From positions 41,106,001 to 41,170,000 of the forward strand of contig OZ024747.1 in assembly GCA_964016885.1 (NCBI GenBank): a stretch of 64,000 bases of DNA, written 5' to 3'. This DNA comes from Eledone cirrhosa. Its lineage: Eukaryota. This document shows, in pieces, positions 13,250 to 26,477 of the stretch. Every line of letters starts with the position of its first letter. Within the stretch, counting starts at the first letter, position 1. Position numbers and translations under genes: made by a program. The notes below the pieces were generated by a model. It saw nothing but the letters and a program-made list of their open reading frames with translations. It was not told where the DNA came from and did not search any database.

Positions 13250-14910
13250 TGGAAATCTAACAAATATAGATGTTTACAACTGATTCAAAGCACTCGACAG
13301 ATTTCTAGAGTAAGTATTAAATTGATATTAAATAAATGGAAACTATATTTATAAAACCATATTTATTCTACTATATATATTTCAAGGGTACCAAAAATTT
13401 TGGTACGCTATCATCAGATAAAATACAAAATGTTTTATAAATATTTGACATGACCAACGGTTCAAGTTATCCCTGGAAAGAGAAGGGAAGAGAGGAGAAA
13501 AGTCAGATATTTAAAATTATTAATATGATTATGCAAATGATATGTATATTAAAGGGCTGAAAAAAACGTTATTTTAGACGCTATGGAAAATTTAAATATT
13601 TATGATAAGGAAAGAAGAGAAAGAGAAAAGAATTTTTGTTACCTATATTATGAGTTATAAAATTTTTGTTACCTATATTATGAGTTATAAAATTATATGA
13701 AGAATTATGGTTGTAAGTATTTTTATCTTATTACATTAGGATAGGTTATATGTATATAAATATCTATATATATATTAATAATTTGCGTATGCATTGATTG
13801 TTTATATAAACAAATGAGTTACGAAGGATGTTGAAAATTTTATTTTCAAGTTGTGAGATTAGAATAATTTGTGGATTTAAAAATTTTCAACATTGAGATT
13901 GTTTTTAGAATATTGTTAATTTATAAATTATCAAACTAAAATTGTTTTAAGAAGAAAGAAAAAGGAAAGGGAAGACCACTTGAACGTTAATTTAGGGAAT
14001 ATATATTTAGACATTTATCTATATTTATATGGAGAATTATTTATCTTATTATAATAATATATAAATATCTATATATGTATTTTAATAATAGCATATGTGT
14101 TTTTTTTAAAGGATAGTTTGTTTATAATATGAGTTACGAGGGATGTTGATTTATAAATAAGTAAAATAAATAGGTGTTTGTTCCTAATATAGGTTACTAG
14201 GGATGTTGATTTTATGTAAATAAATAGGTAATTACAATTTATAATGTTAAATAGGTAGTTACAATTTATAATGTTAAATAGGTAGTTACAAGTTATAATG
14301 TTAAATAGGTAGTTACAATTTATAATGTTAAATTAACGGAGTTATGTATAAAAAGTTTTTATGATTGAAAGAAGGAAAGATAACTCCAATTTTTTATTAA
14401 TCGCTAGTGGTGAACCAAATTTGGACAATTGCTTTAATAGGTCCTGTAATTAATTATTTATTCTAAAGAAATATGAATAATTAAACACCATCCTGAATAG
14501 GATATATTTTACTAAAAACAGTTAATGGTTATTAATCTACATTTAAAAATTAGCTTTAGAGGGTGTCATAAGAAAAATAAATAAAAAAATTAAGAAAAAA
14601 GAATTAAAGAATTTAAAAGAATTAAAAAAATTAAAATTAAAATTAGAATTATATAGAAGTACCTAATGTAGAAGTACATAAATATATATAAATAAATATC
14701 TATACATACACACATATATATATATTATAAGAAATGTTAAAGATATTATGATTTAGAGGTATTAATATATTAAAGTATTAAAAATATAAAATGTTAGAAC
14801 AGATAAGATCATTTTGGAGATTAATAGGAATAATATATTATAATTTACATATAGTTCTGAATGTAGAATTTTGGCAATGTTTACAACAACTAAATATTTC
14901 TGTTCTAAGA
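13250..14910. mobile_element. AT-rich hammerhead-bearing element related to 17065-19332
   Basis: 13289-13430 aligns to 17126-17265. A peptide-like segment at 14830-14912 is similar to one at about 17715-17800 (-). 27-bp tandem repeats at 14215-14335. Confidence 0.6.
13364..13425 (-). ncRNA. type I hammerhead ribozyme (family 1)
   Basis: UAUUUUAU-CUGAUGA-U AG C GUACCAAAA..UUUUGGUAC C CU U-GAAA-UAUAUAUA^GUAGAAUA; 8-bp stem I. Confidence 0.8.
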
Positions 14911-14936
14911 TTAATATATATATGTATATATATATA

Positions 14937-14990
<54 letters not shown>

Positions 14991-16162
14991 TATCTTTGTA
15001 TATGTAAAGGTATATATATGTATGTTTATATATGCATGTGTGTGTGCATGTGCGTGTTTGTTTGATATATGTATATAAACGTTTCAATCCAACAATCTAT
15101 TGACGAAATTGCGAAATCTTTGTATTGGATTCAAGTTTGATCTAACAAGTTTGATCTAACCCGACTCTGGAATCAAAGGCTCATCCGACCTCTGCTGTGG
15201 TAATATATACAGTTTATATAAGGCTGAAAAATAGATGCCTAATCACTGAATTATTAACGTAAATAGCAAGATGAAGTTGTATTGCGTATGGTGTGTGTGT
15301 TTATGTGTACGTGTGCTATATTGTGTGAAATACATTAATAAAAAGAGAATGGACGGAAGAGAATGACAGAAACAATGAAACAGGTTAACAACCCTTAGAA
15401 ATTATTTTTTCTCTATATGAGTCATTGTGCGCACGTTATAGAATAATAAATATATGAATTACTTTAAGAATAGTCATTTTATTATGAGTAGCTAATAAAA
15501 GAATCATCTAAACATTTATGATTGGACGCATGCTAAACCTTACATCTCTTTTCACTCATCGATTTAGATATATTGTCAACGGAAGTAATTTCCTTACAGC
15601 AATATTCGCTGTAACTACACAAAAATGACTTCATACAGAATTGCTCTTACTTTAATACAACTAGACGTAAATATATCTATACGTCGTTCGTAATTGTTGC
15701 TTTAATAGGTCCCGTAATTGTTTTTCAGATGGCCTTCACTCAAACGTAGCCCGGAAACCCACGTACGAGGTCTCCCACCAGACCCACACCGCACTAAAGA
15801 AATATTATTCCGGGTCACAACGTTTTGAGTTCAAACGCCGCTGAAATCTACTTTGCCTTTCATAATCATCGGGGTTGATAAAGAAAGTACAAAATCAGTG
15901 CTAGTGCTGTCTTCTCTCCTTCCATCTGTCACATCATGAATGTTCCACTGGATCAAGGAAGGTGAAGATGGAGAGGGTGCCCGTGTTTGCTCATGAAAAC
16001 GTGGACACTTAAAACACTTACCATGGTAAATACTACCATGTCATATGTTACACACTAACAATTCATACTCAAATGCGACTGGCGCCTGGCGTGTTACTAT
16101 CTATATATGTGTGCTCAGCTGTAGCTTTATAGGTGTAAAAATAAATACAATTACCCAGATAG

Positions 16163-16330
16163 TGGAAGCGCGTGGCTTAGTGGTAAGGGTGTTAGACGTA
16201 TGAGCATAATACCGCGGGTACGATCCCTGGACTGGGTTGTGTGTGGTAAGTTCTTGAACAAAAACACTCCCGTATACGCAGCTGAAAATAAGTACCAGCA
16301 ATAGTTGCGGGTTTTACCCTGCGATTGACT
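16163..16330 (+). mobile_element. tRNA-derived SINE (second family)
   Basis: A box TGGCTTAGTGG, B-box-like GGTACGATCCC, core gttcttgaacaaaaacact. Related to 40540-40778 (-). Confidence 0.7.
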
Positions 16331-16342
16331 AATCACTACAAC

Positions 16343-16395
16343 TAAATTGTCCAAATTTGGTTCACCTCAATTCAGAAATGCTTCCACCGGCCCCC

Positions 16396-16397
<2 letters not shown>
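16343..16397. mobile_element. MITE terminal inverted repeat end (PIF/Harbinger-like CAGGGG(G)CGGTGGAA)
   Basis: Reverse complement of 20412-20466. A similar end lies at about 31229-31245. Confidence 0.5.
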
Positions 16398-16443
<46 letters not shown>

Positions 16444-16683
16444 TGTATATATATATAAATATATATATCATAAAACGTGTCTATAGAATCAATCAGATAT
16501 TAAAATATATACTATTTCTTCCTCTAATCAGCATAATTAACCATATACATAATCAAATCCAGCAAGCTTTAAGAGTAAATTTTCTAACTGGGAAATCTCC
16601 GACAAATAATTGACCGCAGCCAGTTCGCGTTAACTCCGTTCCATTATTTATCAAATACTTCGGCAGCATGCAGAATCCGATCA

Positions 16684-16737
<54 letters not shown>

Positions 16738-16890
16738 TGTATATATATATATATATAAATATATATATATATATGCATGTATATATATATATATAAATAT
16801 ATATATGTATGTATATATATATATATATAAATATATATATATATATGCATGTATATATATATATATATATAAATATATATGCATGTATAT

Positions 16891-16969
<79 letters not shown>

Positions 16970-17195
16970 TATATATATATAAATATATATAAATATATAT
17001 ATATATAAATATATATAAATATATATATATATATAAATATATATAAATATATATAAATATATATATGGAAAGTTATATTTAAATTGTTGGGTTACAACTA
17101 GTAAATATTTATAACTGATATAAAAGCACTCGACAAATATTTGGAGTATATTTACAATATTAAATAAATGGAAACTATATTTATAAAACCATATT

Positions 17196-17261
17196 TATTT
17201 CATTATATATATTTCAGGGATAACATATTAACAATATGCTATGCCTTCCTCAGACAAAATA
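17196..17261 (-). ncRNA. type I hammerhead ribozyme (family 1)
   Basis: Reverse complement of 19218-19283. Confidence 0.8.
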
Positions 17262-19217
17262 CAATATAAACAGTTTTATAGATAAATAGATAAATAGATT
17301 CGACATACCGTAACAACATCTACTTGCGTTTGAAAAGGTTGATTAGGTAGTGACAAAATTGTACACAGAGAGAAAGAAAGAGAGAGAGAAAGAGAGAAAA
17401 AAAGAAAAAAAAAGAGAGAAAGGAAAGAAAGACAGAAAACGAAGAAAAAGAAGAAAAAGAAGAAATGCATGGAACAGAATAGAGAGATGGAAAGATAGAT
17501 AAAGAGAAGAACTTCATGTAAAGAAACAGAAAGAGATATATATATAGAGAGAGAGAGGAAATAGAGATAGATACATATATATAGAAAGCTAGGTAGTGGG
17601 ACGTCTGAGGGATTCCTTTTGATTCATCAAGAGGGATTCCTTTTAATTCATCCTCTGAGACATGTGACCTCTGCGCAGAGGAGATATTCTTTATACTAAA
17701 ATCTAAAAATTCCCTTAATCTACGGACAAATTTATTCAGTTGTTGCAAACATAGATTAAACTCAACGTTTAAATATAAATTTAAATTTAAAATGTAGTAT
17801 ATTTAGTTTGATTTATAATTATATGGGAAACTAGCCGATAAATCTTTGATTCTCTTTTTATTCTTTTTATTTTTATTTTATTTATTTTTATTTAAACATT
17901 CTTCATGAAAAATTAAGCTACCCTAAAAGTTGATGCTCCAAATATTTCGAATAAACGTTACACTAGATAAACTTCTATATTAAATATAAGAACACATGTA
18001 GACCAAATTGGGCATCCTATACTTTTTGAAATGATCTTTGCTAGATGCGATTTGATAGATAATTTTTGGCTTTATCTGTTTTTCGACTCTGATGTTTATA
18101 ATGAACTTGGCAATATATTGTCAATTAATTTTGAAGGGTTGTTCTTTGTGGTTTATTTTATTTTTATTAATGTAGTATTTCCTAATATTTTTATTTTTAA
18201 TATTTTTAATATGTAAATTTTTTAATATGTAATATTTTTAATATGTAATATTCTTTCGTAATATTTCTTAGTTTTCTATTTTATTATTACTTATTATTAT
18301 TATTGTTATTTTTAGTTTTGTTTCCGATATATTTTTATTTTTATTAGTATATTGAAATCTGCTATATTTGCTTGATAGATAATCTTGTAGAGTAGAGACA
18401 GAAATAGTAATATTGACTCTATATACACATATATGTATACTTAAATTTTTATATCGCATTGAGAATACTTTCCGTGAACTTAGGGTTTGCAGAATTTGAT
18501 CATGTAGATTCACATAGATGTTTGTAATTATCACATAAACATATGAATTTTTAAAAAACTAAACATAAGATCATTAATTTTTCACACATTGTGGATACAT
18601 ATCTCATTCAGGAATACTGATATTTACAATGTAGAGGCTGGTTTTGTAAATACGAATACCTCTACATTAAAACAGAGGTTTTTCGCCTCGCCTGTGTCTG
18701 GTTATTTTTAAATTTTTTCTCTCTCTATTTTTTCTCTCTCTATTTTTTTCTCTCTATATATTTTTTCTCTCCCTATATAACAGCTGGTTTCTCTCCATAT
18801 ATCTCCCTTACATTAATACTAGAGCTAAATAAATAAATAAATAAATAAATGTATCATTGATACGTTATTCAACAAACGTCCCACTACCTAGCTTTCTATA
18901 TATATGTATCTATCTCTATTTCCTCTCTCTCTATATATATATATCTCTTTCTGTTTCTTTACATGAAGTTCTTCTCTTTATCTATCTTTCCATCTCTCTA
19001 TTCTGTTCCATGCATTTCTTCTTTTTCTTCTTTTTCTTCGTTTTCTGTCTTTCTTTCCTTTCTCTCTTTTTTTTCTTTTTTTCTCTCTTTCTCTCTCTCT
19101 TTCTTTCTCTCTGTGTACAATTTTGTCACTACCTAATCAACCTTTTCAAACGCAAGTAGATGTTGTTACGGTATGTCGAATCTATTTATCTATTTATCTA
19201 TAAAACTGTTTATATTG

Positions 19218-19283
19218 TATTTTGTCTGAGGAAGGCATAGCATATTGTTAATATGTTATCCCTGAAATATATATAATGAAATA
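19218..19283 (+). ncRNA. type I hammerhead ribozyme (family 1)
   Basis: UAUUUUGU-CUGAGGA-AGG C AUAGCAUAUU guu AAUAUGUUAU C CCU-GAAA-UAUAUAUA^AUGAAAUA. Confidence 0.82.
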
Positions 19284-19329
19284 AATATGGTTTTATAAAT
19301 ATAGTTTCCATTTATTTAATATTATAAAT

Positions 19330-19408
<79 letters not shown>

Positions 19409-19587
19409 TATTGGAAGTGATTTTTTAGTAAGTAAGTTAATTTTATAATTTTCTTATTTTACGTCTCTTATATTATTGTTCTGCAACCCCATGCATTGAA
19501 CCACATTGTTAATAAGACAAAACCTATATATTTGCTAGCATTGGTATGCATCTGTGTGTATATAAATGTTACTAGATATAAATACCT

Positions 19588-19765
<178 letters not shown>

Positions 19766-19789
19766 TATATTCTATATATATATATATAT

Positions 19790-20166
19790 ATAACTTTGAA
19801 TAACTTTGAAATGTTTTGGCCAGTATTGGCCCAGGCCATGTCTAACTTAATAGCACCACCTGGCGAAGTCTTTCAATTCAGGATCTGGGCACCATGGCCC
19901 ATTCGAGAAGAGAATTACTGTTTGCGGAGACATATCCGGGTGTGGGTGGTTTGTCCGGGATTACTTGGAGGAATTTGTCCAAAGACTTCTTGAATTTTGT
20001 GTGGTCAGTTTCTGTTTTGACGTGTCCTGATGTGATGTTGAAGAGAGCAGGGCCGATTGAGGTGAAATAATTGTGCCGTATTGTTGTTATGAGTTGCGAT
20101 TTAGATTTTTGAATGAACGCTAAAATCAGGAGGGAATCTTCTACATTCAGTCACTTCAGGTCACTG

Positions 20167-20168
<2 letters not shown>
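19790..20168 (-). mobile_element. CR1/L2-group LINE 3' fragment
   Basis: Minus frame FTSIGPALFNI...FKKSLDKFLQVIPDKPPTPGY...NSLLEW*. Tandem tail (ttcaaagtta)2. Confidence 0.7.
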
Positions 20169-20264
<96 letters not shown>

Positions 20265-20266
20265 GC

Positions 20267-20415
<149 letters not shown>

Positions 20416-21479
20416 GGGGGCGGTGGAAGCATTTCTGAATTGAGGTGTACCAAATTTGGATAATTTCGTTGTAGTGATTAGTTTGCTCTTTGCACTCTAA
20501 AGTGGCCAGAAAACTTGGATATGCGATAAACAAAACATGTACATAGATTGTAGCACATATCTAAATATGCCACTGTATATATATATAATTTTTGTGTTAA
20601 TTATGCTCTGAGCCCTTTCTTAAGGGGTTAATATATCGAGCTTCTTCTCATTTGGTAAGAAACTGGTATTATAGCCAATTTTTTCATCCATCTCCTATAT
20701 ATATATATATATAGTGTAGGTAGTACAATGAAATACTGGTGTTGGTATTGGTACCAAATAAAGGACTCTAAGCACAGGCAGAATGTGTATACGTTGATAC
20801 GCAATAAATATTTTTCACCGCCAACACCACCGCCAACACCACCACCGCCGCCGCCACCATTACCACTACCACAAAAAATCTACCCAAATACAAACCACCA
20901 CCATCCCTATAGTACTGCTATCCCATCACCACCGCCACCACTGCATCATTGCTACCACCACTATTCCCTCACTACTTAAGAGAGGGATGGTAGTAGTGCC
21001 GCTACACATGAAAAGAAGCGAAGAAGGTATCAAAAGATATAAATAGACTGGGTTAGTCACCCGGTCAAACAGCTAACAACAACAACAACAACAACAACAA
21101 CACCAAAATAATTATGTTGTTGTATCTCTAAACTCTCTCAAAATGTTTAGTTTAAACGATGACAAATCTAAACAATAATATAATAATAATAGTTTCTGCT
21201 TTTGGCACGGGGCCAGCAATTGTCCCGGTGTGTTGCTGGTGCTTTCTTTTGTCGGCCCCGTAAGGATGAAAGAAAAAAAAATAATAATGATAAGCAACAC
21301 GTCGAAAAATTATAGAACAGAACACAGACAGAAGCAAACGCAACAAACACAAATTTTAAAAGTTTTGAACACAACCCCTACTTCCCTTAGCAGCAGCAGC
21401 AACAACAATACATGTAACCGATGTTACTGGCCTTGAAAAACGAAAAACGCAAAGGAAAATAAAGAAACAAACAAACAAA

Positions 21480-24400
21480 AGTCAGACATTCAAACATTAC
21501 AATGAAACTTATGTTTATTTTTTTAAGTTTTTATTTATTTATTTGTTTATTTATTTATGTTAGTCTACAGCGTGATGGTGCCACGCTAAAATCACCGGGG
21601 GTGATGAAATCAACGGTGGTTATGTATCCATACATTCACCAATCCTCGATATGAGTGTTTAAATGTCGAACCTAAACAGTTCGAATAACGGTGAAGAGGA
21701 GACTGGAACGTTATGTGACAGACTTTCACTCATCAAGTGATCCCTGGCCCAGCAGCAGGGACCTGGCTGTCATCCAAATACTGCTGGTGTTGGTGGAAGA
21801 AGAAGAAGGAAAGGGGCAAAACCATCTGGACGAAAGAATTGAATAGAACTGTTATGCAATGTTACCTGAAGAGTAACCCCAAGGGAAAAGGCTATAGGAA
21901 ACGGATGCATAACATCTGGAACGAGATTGGTCTATTTAAATTAGATGAACAAAAATTGGCCGAGCTGGAACTGGGGGAACTGAGCAGAGAGATTAGGTTG
22001 GAACTGGAAAGTGGGGTATGCCAGGCAAACGAGCCTGTGATGAGGTTGAGAGACCGGAGGAAGCATCCGAAGCAGACAATGATCTGAATGCTGAGATAGA
22101 TAATATCTGGAACAAAGATGCGGCCATTGAGGAAATGAATGCTGACGGGCTAGGACTAGATTTGGTTGATATCCTAAACTTAATGGTAGATGAAATGAAC
22201 AATGAGTGGGAAACCTATGAACCTAAGATTTGTAGACAGGAAGAAGTTAAAAGAAACAACAGCTAAGGTAAACAAAGTCATCCCATACCTTGATGCGAGG
22301 AACCTTCACCAATGCAACAATATCCTCAAAGCAACAGCAAATGCGGTGAGGAAATTACTTGGCATAAAAACGAGAGGAAACAACAAACAAGAAAGATCAG
22401 AACGTTGGTGGAAGAAACGACTGAATGGTCAAATCAGGGAAATGAGAAATGACATTGGAAAGCTTGAGTCCCTACAAAACCTAGACACTAAAAATAGACT
22501 GGAAATAAAGTACAAAACTAGGAGGAAAAATCTGAATATTATCATAGAGAAACTGAAGCAACGCATTGTAGGAAAGAGGGCAAATATTAGGCGGTATGAG
22601 AGCATAGTCAGTCAGTATAAACAGAACCGCATGTTTGACAACAACCAGAAGATGTTGTTTGGACAGCTTGAAGGGAACCGACTTGATCCCTGAGGCGTGC
22701 AGGGGTATTGGAGTAAAAATGTAACATCCCTCCACCCGAAACAATGTAACATCCCTCCACCGAAACAATGTAACATCGCTCCACCGAAACAACCATGTTC
22801 AATGACTGCTTGATGTCGAGTGATGTACCAGAGTGGTTGACAAAAGGTCCTAGTAATGAAAGACCGAATCAAGGGTAATGATGTTACCAACTATAGACCT
22901 ATTACATGTCTATCCGTAATGTGGAAACTGTTAACAAGCATTGTGTCTGAGGAAATCTACCATCACCTCCACAAAAACAACTTGTTACCGGACGAACAGA
23001 AAGGATGACGAAAGAAGTCCCGTGGTACAAAAGACCAGCTACTTATTGATAAGATAGTGATGAGGAATTGCAAGAGGAGACACACTGGTCTTGCCATGGG
23101 ATGGATAGACTACAAAAAAGCATTCGACATGGTACCTCATTCTTGGATAAAAAAGCCTAGAGATCTTCAAGGTGGCAGATAACATCAGACAGTTGTTGAG
23201 CAAAAGTATGAAGTCCTGGGAAACAGAATTAACATCGGGTGGAGAATCCTTGGGAGGCGTGAAGATCAAGAGAGGTATCTTCCAGGGAGATAGTCTGTCC
23301 CCTCTATTGTTTGTCCTTGCCCTGGTACCCCTGACCATTATACTGCGAAAAGTGAGAGCAGGATACAAGTTGTGAAAAGGAGAGCTTACCATCAACCACC
23401 TCCTCTTCGTGGATGATCTTAAGCTCTTCGGGAATAGTGAGAAGGAGTTGGATGTACTTGTTGACACTGTCCGTATTTTCAGCAGTGATATATGTATGCA
23501 ATTTGGTATTAATAAGTGTGGAGTCCTAGTGATGAAGAGGAGTAAATTGAGCAGAAGCAACGGAATCCAGGTACCAACAGGTGAGATGATAAAGGAAATT
23601 GACACTGAAGAAGGATACAAATATTTAGGTGTCCTGGAGGCAGATGATATCACGAACAAAAAAAATGAAGGAATTGATAAGATCTGAGTACATTAGGAGA
23701 GTAAGGAGCGTATTAAAATCACGTCTAAATAGTAGGAATGTCATAAGTGCAGTGAATTCCCGAGCTGTGTCTATTATTAGGTACAGTGCGGGAATTCTGA
23801 AATGGAATGTTGCTGAACAAAACGAAATGGATAGGAAGACTAGGAAGCTATTGACTATCTACAACATGTTCCACAAGAGGAGTGATGTCGATAGACTCTA
23901 CTTAAAGAGATCTGAAGGTGGAAGAGGTCTTATCAGCATAGAAGACTGTGTTCAGATGGAGAAAAACAACCTGCACAAATACGTGACCGACAGTAGGGAG
24001 CCAATGCTCAGAATTGTACTGAAGGAGAGAACAGTATACCAGGGGATGTCCAAGGAGGAAATAACAACAAGGAGGCAGAGAAACCTTCATGAAAAATCCC
24101 TTCATAGTACCTTCTTTGAGAAAACTGAATTTAGAGATCCACAGACATGGAACTGGTTAAAAAGAGGAGACCTTAAGAAGGCTACAGAAGGAATGCTAAT
24201 GGCTGCGCAAGAGCAGGCCCTCAAAACAAAGTGGCTGAAACACCATATTTCCAAGGAGGAGGCTAGCCCACTGTGTAGGATCTGTGGAGAGAGAGAGGAG
24301 ACTGTGGCTCACATTGTATCCGAGTGTAAACACCTAGCCCAGACTCACTATAAAGGCTGGAGACATGATGTGATGGGCAGGGTGATCCACTGGCACCTAT

Positions 24401-24940
24401 GCAAAGTAAACAATTTACCACATTCTGAGAAGTGGTATGAGCATCAGCCAGAGTCGGTGATAGAAAACGATCAGGTGAAGGATTTTAGGATACAGACGGA
24501 CAAGAAACTGGAACACAATAGACCTGACCTGGTGGTTTTGGACAAGGAAAAAAGATCGTGCCTGATTGTGGATGTGGCCTGCCCATTCGACACGAGAGTG
24601 CAAGAGAAGGAGAGGGAGAAAATTAACCGATACCAGGACTTAAAGTGGGAGGTAAAAAGGATTTGGAACTGCCATGAAGTCAAAGTGGTCCCGATTGTCA
24701 TAGGCGCACTAGGTACTATCTCAAAAAGTTTCCAGGGATGGTTAAAGAAAATTGGCCCCGCCCCGCTTTTTGGAACACTTCAAAAGGCATGCTTGCTGGG
24801 AACAGCAAGAACCCTCCGATACGTCCTGAATATCTGAGGCTGCAGGTAGTGGCTTGATATTCATTTCAACAAACTTTCCAGTTAACTAACATCAATGACT
24901 GAGACTCAAAGAACAATAATAATAATAATAATAATAATAA
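21480..24940 (+). mobile_element. R4/Dong-clade non-LTR retrotransposon copy 1 (RT, CCHC, restriction-like endonuclease), frameshifted
   Basis: [36 protein letters not shown] and RPDLVV..IVDVACP..EKINRYQDL. (AAT)n tail. Confidence 0.93.
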
Positions 24941-25002
24941 TAATTGTTTCTACTTTAGGCACAAGGCCAGCAATTACCCAGTGCATTACTGAATAATAAT
25001 AA

Positions 25003-25290
25003 TACTTTCTTTATTAACCACAAGGGTTTACATAAAGTAGACATTAAGGACAGTACAGGACAATACAGGACGGTACAAATGGGCATTTCTGCGTGTAAAA
25101 AACAAAAACAGAGGATGTAACAAAAATAACAATGAAAAATTCCCCAATAAGGAGTGAGAGAAGCACGAATGTCCCGAGTGAATGGGCCTACTCTGAGTAT
25201 GTGTCTGTAAATTAAAGGTGGAAAACTGGGAGAGGGCACTTGCCCTGGTGGTCAGGGTCACTGTGGCCTTTTAATGGGCTTTCTCCTCAA
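25003..25290 (-). mobile_element. Tx1-clade 3' fragment in (AAT)n
   Basis: 3' end ccttgtggttaataaagaaagtattattatt; degenerate RVNGPTL motif nearby. Confidence 0.65.
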
Positions 25291-25297
25291 ATAATAA

Positions 25298-25328
<31 letters not shown>

Positions 25329-25398
25329 AAGAAGAAGAAGAAGAAGAAGAAGAAGAAGAAAAAGAAGAAGAAGAAGAAGAAGAAGAAGATAATAATAA

Positions 25399-25456
<58 letters not shown>
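25290..25456. repeat. compound (AAT)/(GAA)n/(TAG)n microsatellite
   Basis: Direct inspection. Confidence 0.95.
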
Positions 25457-25457
<1 letters not shown>

Positions 25458-25489
25458 AACGAAAGATATAACTTTATATCATGGCTATT

Positions 25490-25569
25490 TATTTCATTAT
25501 ATATATATTTCGGGAATGCAGAAATTTACGTTTAACATAAATCAGAGCTTGCCTTCTTCAGACAAAATA
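25490..25569 (-). ncRNA. type I hammerhead ribozyme (family 1)
   Basis: UAUUUUGU-CUGAAGA-AGG..AUUUAUG uuaaa CGUAAAU..CCC-GAAA-(UA)5^AUGAAAUA. Confidence 0.72.
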
Positions 25570-25805
25570 CATGTGAGATGTATAAATTATTTCATAATAT
25601 ACCAGCAAGAAGGATCTTTACAGATCAGTGGCAAGTAGGTATATGACTTGAAAAAATCTCAAAATTTCCTAGGAAATCTCAAATGAACCTAAGAAAATGA
25701 TCCTAGAAAATTTTCAGATATTTTCAAATCATATACCTGCTTGTCATTGATCTGTGAAGATCATTCTTGCTGGTATATCATGAAATAATTGATACATCTC
25801 ATATG

Positions 25806-25883
25806 TATTTTGTCTGACGAAGGCATGTTCTGATTTATGTTAAACGTAAATTTCTGCATCCCCGAAATATATATAATGAAATA
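25806..25883 (+). ncRNA. type I hammerhead ribozyme (family 1)
   Basis: UAUUUUGU-CUGACGA-AGG..AUUUAUG uuaaa CGUAAAU..CCC-GAAA-UAUAUAUA^AUGAAAUA. Confidence 0.75.
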
Positions 25884-26040
25884 AATAGTGATGATATAAA
25901 GTTATATCTTTCGTTTATTACTATTATTATCATAATACTCCAGATAAAAATAAGCTGTTGAGTGCTTCGTATCTGTTATAAACATAAGTCAGTTGATTAC
26001 ATATCAACGAAGTCTTTAACTCATTGTTTATATATATATA

Positions 26041-26289
26041 TTGATTCCACTTCATTTACTCTCATCTCGGAAACAGTTTTGGATAGCGCTAGTTCGTAAT
26101 TTAAGTTCAAGAATTTTATATTCTTCGAATGAAAAGAACCTTCTGACGAGAATCTTTCTTTGCAACGAAGGCCGTATGGTCTCCGTTTATTTTTGAGATT
26201 CGAAACCGATTCGGTAAAGGTAACTATAGTAGGTAAAGTCAATTTTTAAAAATTTATTTTGAAACTTTTTCATTATTTGCTAAACCTTG

Positions 26290-26295
<6 letters not shown>
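26041..26295 (+). repeat. pLTR-like repeat, copy 1 (copy 2 at 28979-29233)
   Basis: About 255-bp diverged direct repeat containing a hammerhead and ending in (TA)n. Confidence 0.85.
26138..26221 (+). ncRNA. type I hammerhead ribozyme with extended stem II (family 2)
   Basis: ACCUU-CUGACGA-GAAUCU[..AACGaaGGCC guau GGUCucCGUU..]AGAUUC-GAAA-CCG auu CGG-UA^AAGGU. All three stems are Watson-Crick. Confidence 0.9.
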
Positions 26296-26363
<68 letters not shown>

Positions 26364-26382
26364 TATATATATAGATATAAAG

Positions 26383-26477
<95 letters not shown>

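Larger units (their letters stand above)
17065..19332. mobile_element. fold-back element: ~455-bp inverted arms (17147-17604 / 18876-19332) around a 1.27-kb AT-rich interior; Penelope pLTR-like
   Basis: Arms are near-perfect reverse complements and each carries a hammerhead. Both ends lie in (TA)n. Confidence 0.85.
25452..26030. mobile_element. small fold-back element: ~225-bp inverted arms (25452-25674 / 25701-25925) plus 3' tail to 26030
   Basis: Arms are diverged reverse complements. The tail has gttgagtgctt, like the gtcgagtgctt of the 13.3 and 17.1 kb copies. Confidence 0.8.

Noticed and set aside
14215-14335. 27-bp repeats (also the 24-bp x3 at 22712-22792) as a CRISPR array
   Set aside because: Tandem with no unique spacers, no cas genes, eukaryotic context.
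20605-20641. GCTC-TGAG-CCCTT..AAGGGG..TATATC-GAGC hammerhead-like fold
   Set aside because: Both CUGANGA and GAAA are damaged; at best a dead relic.
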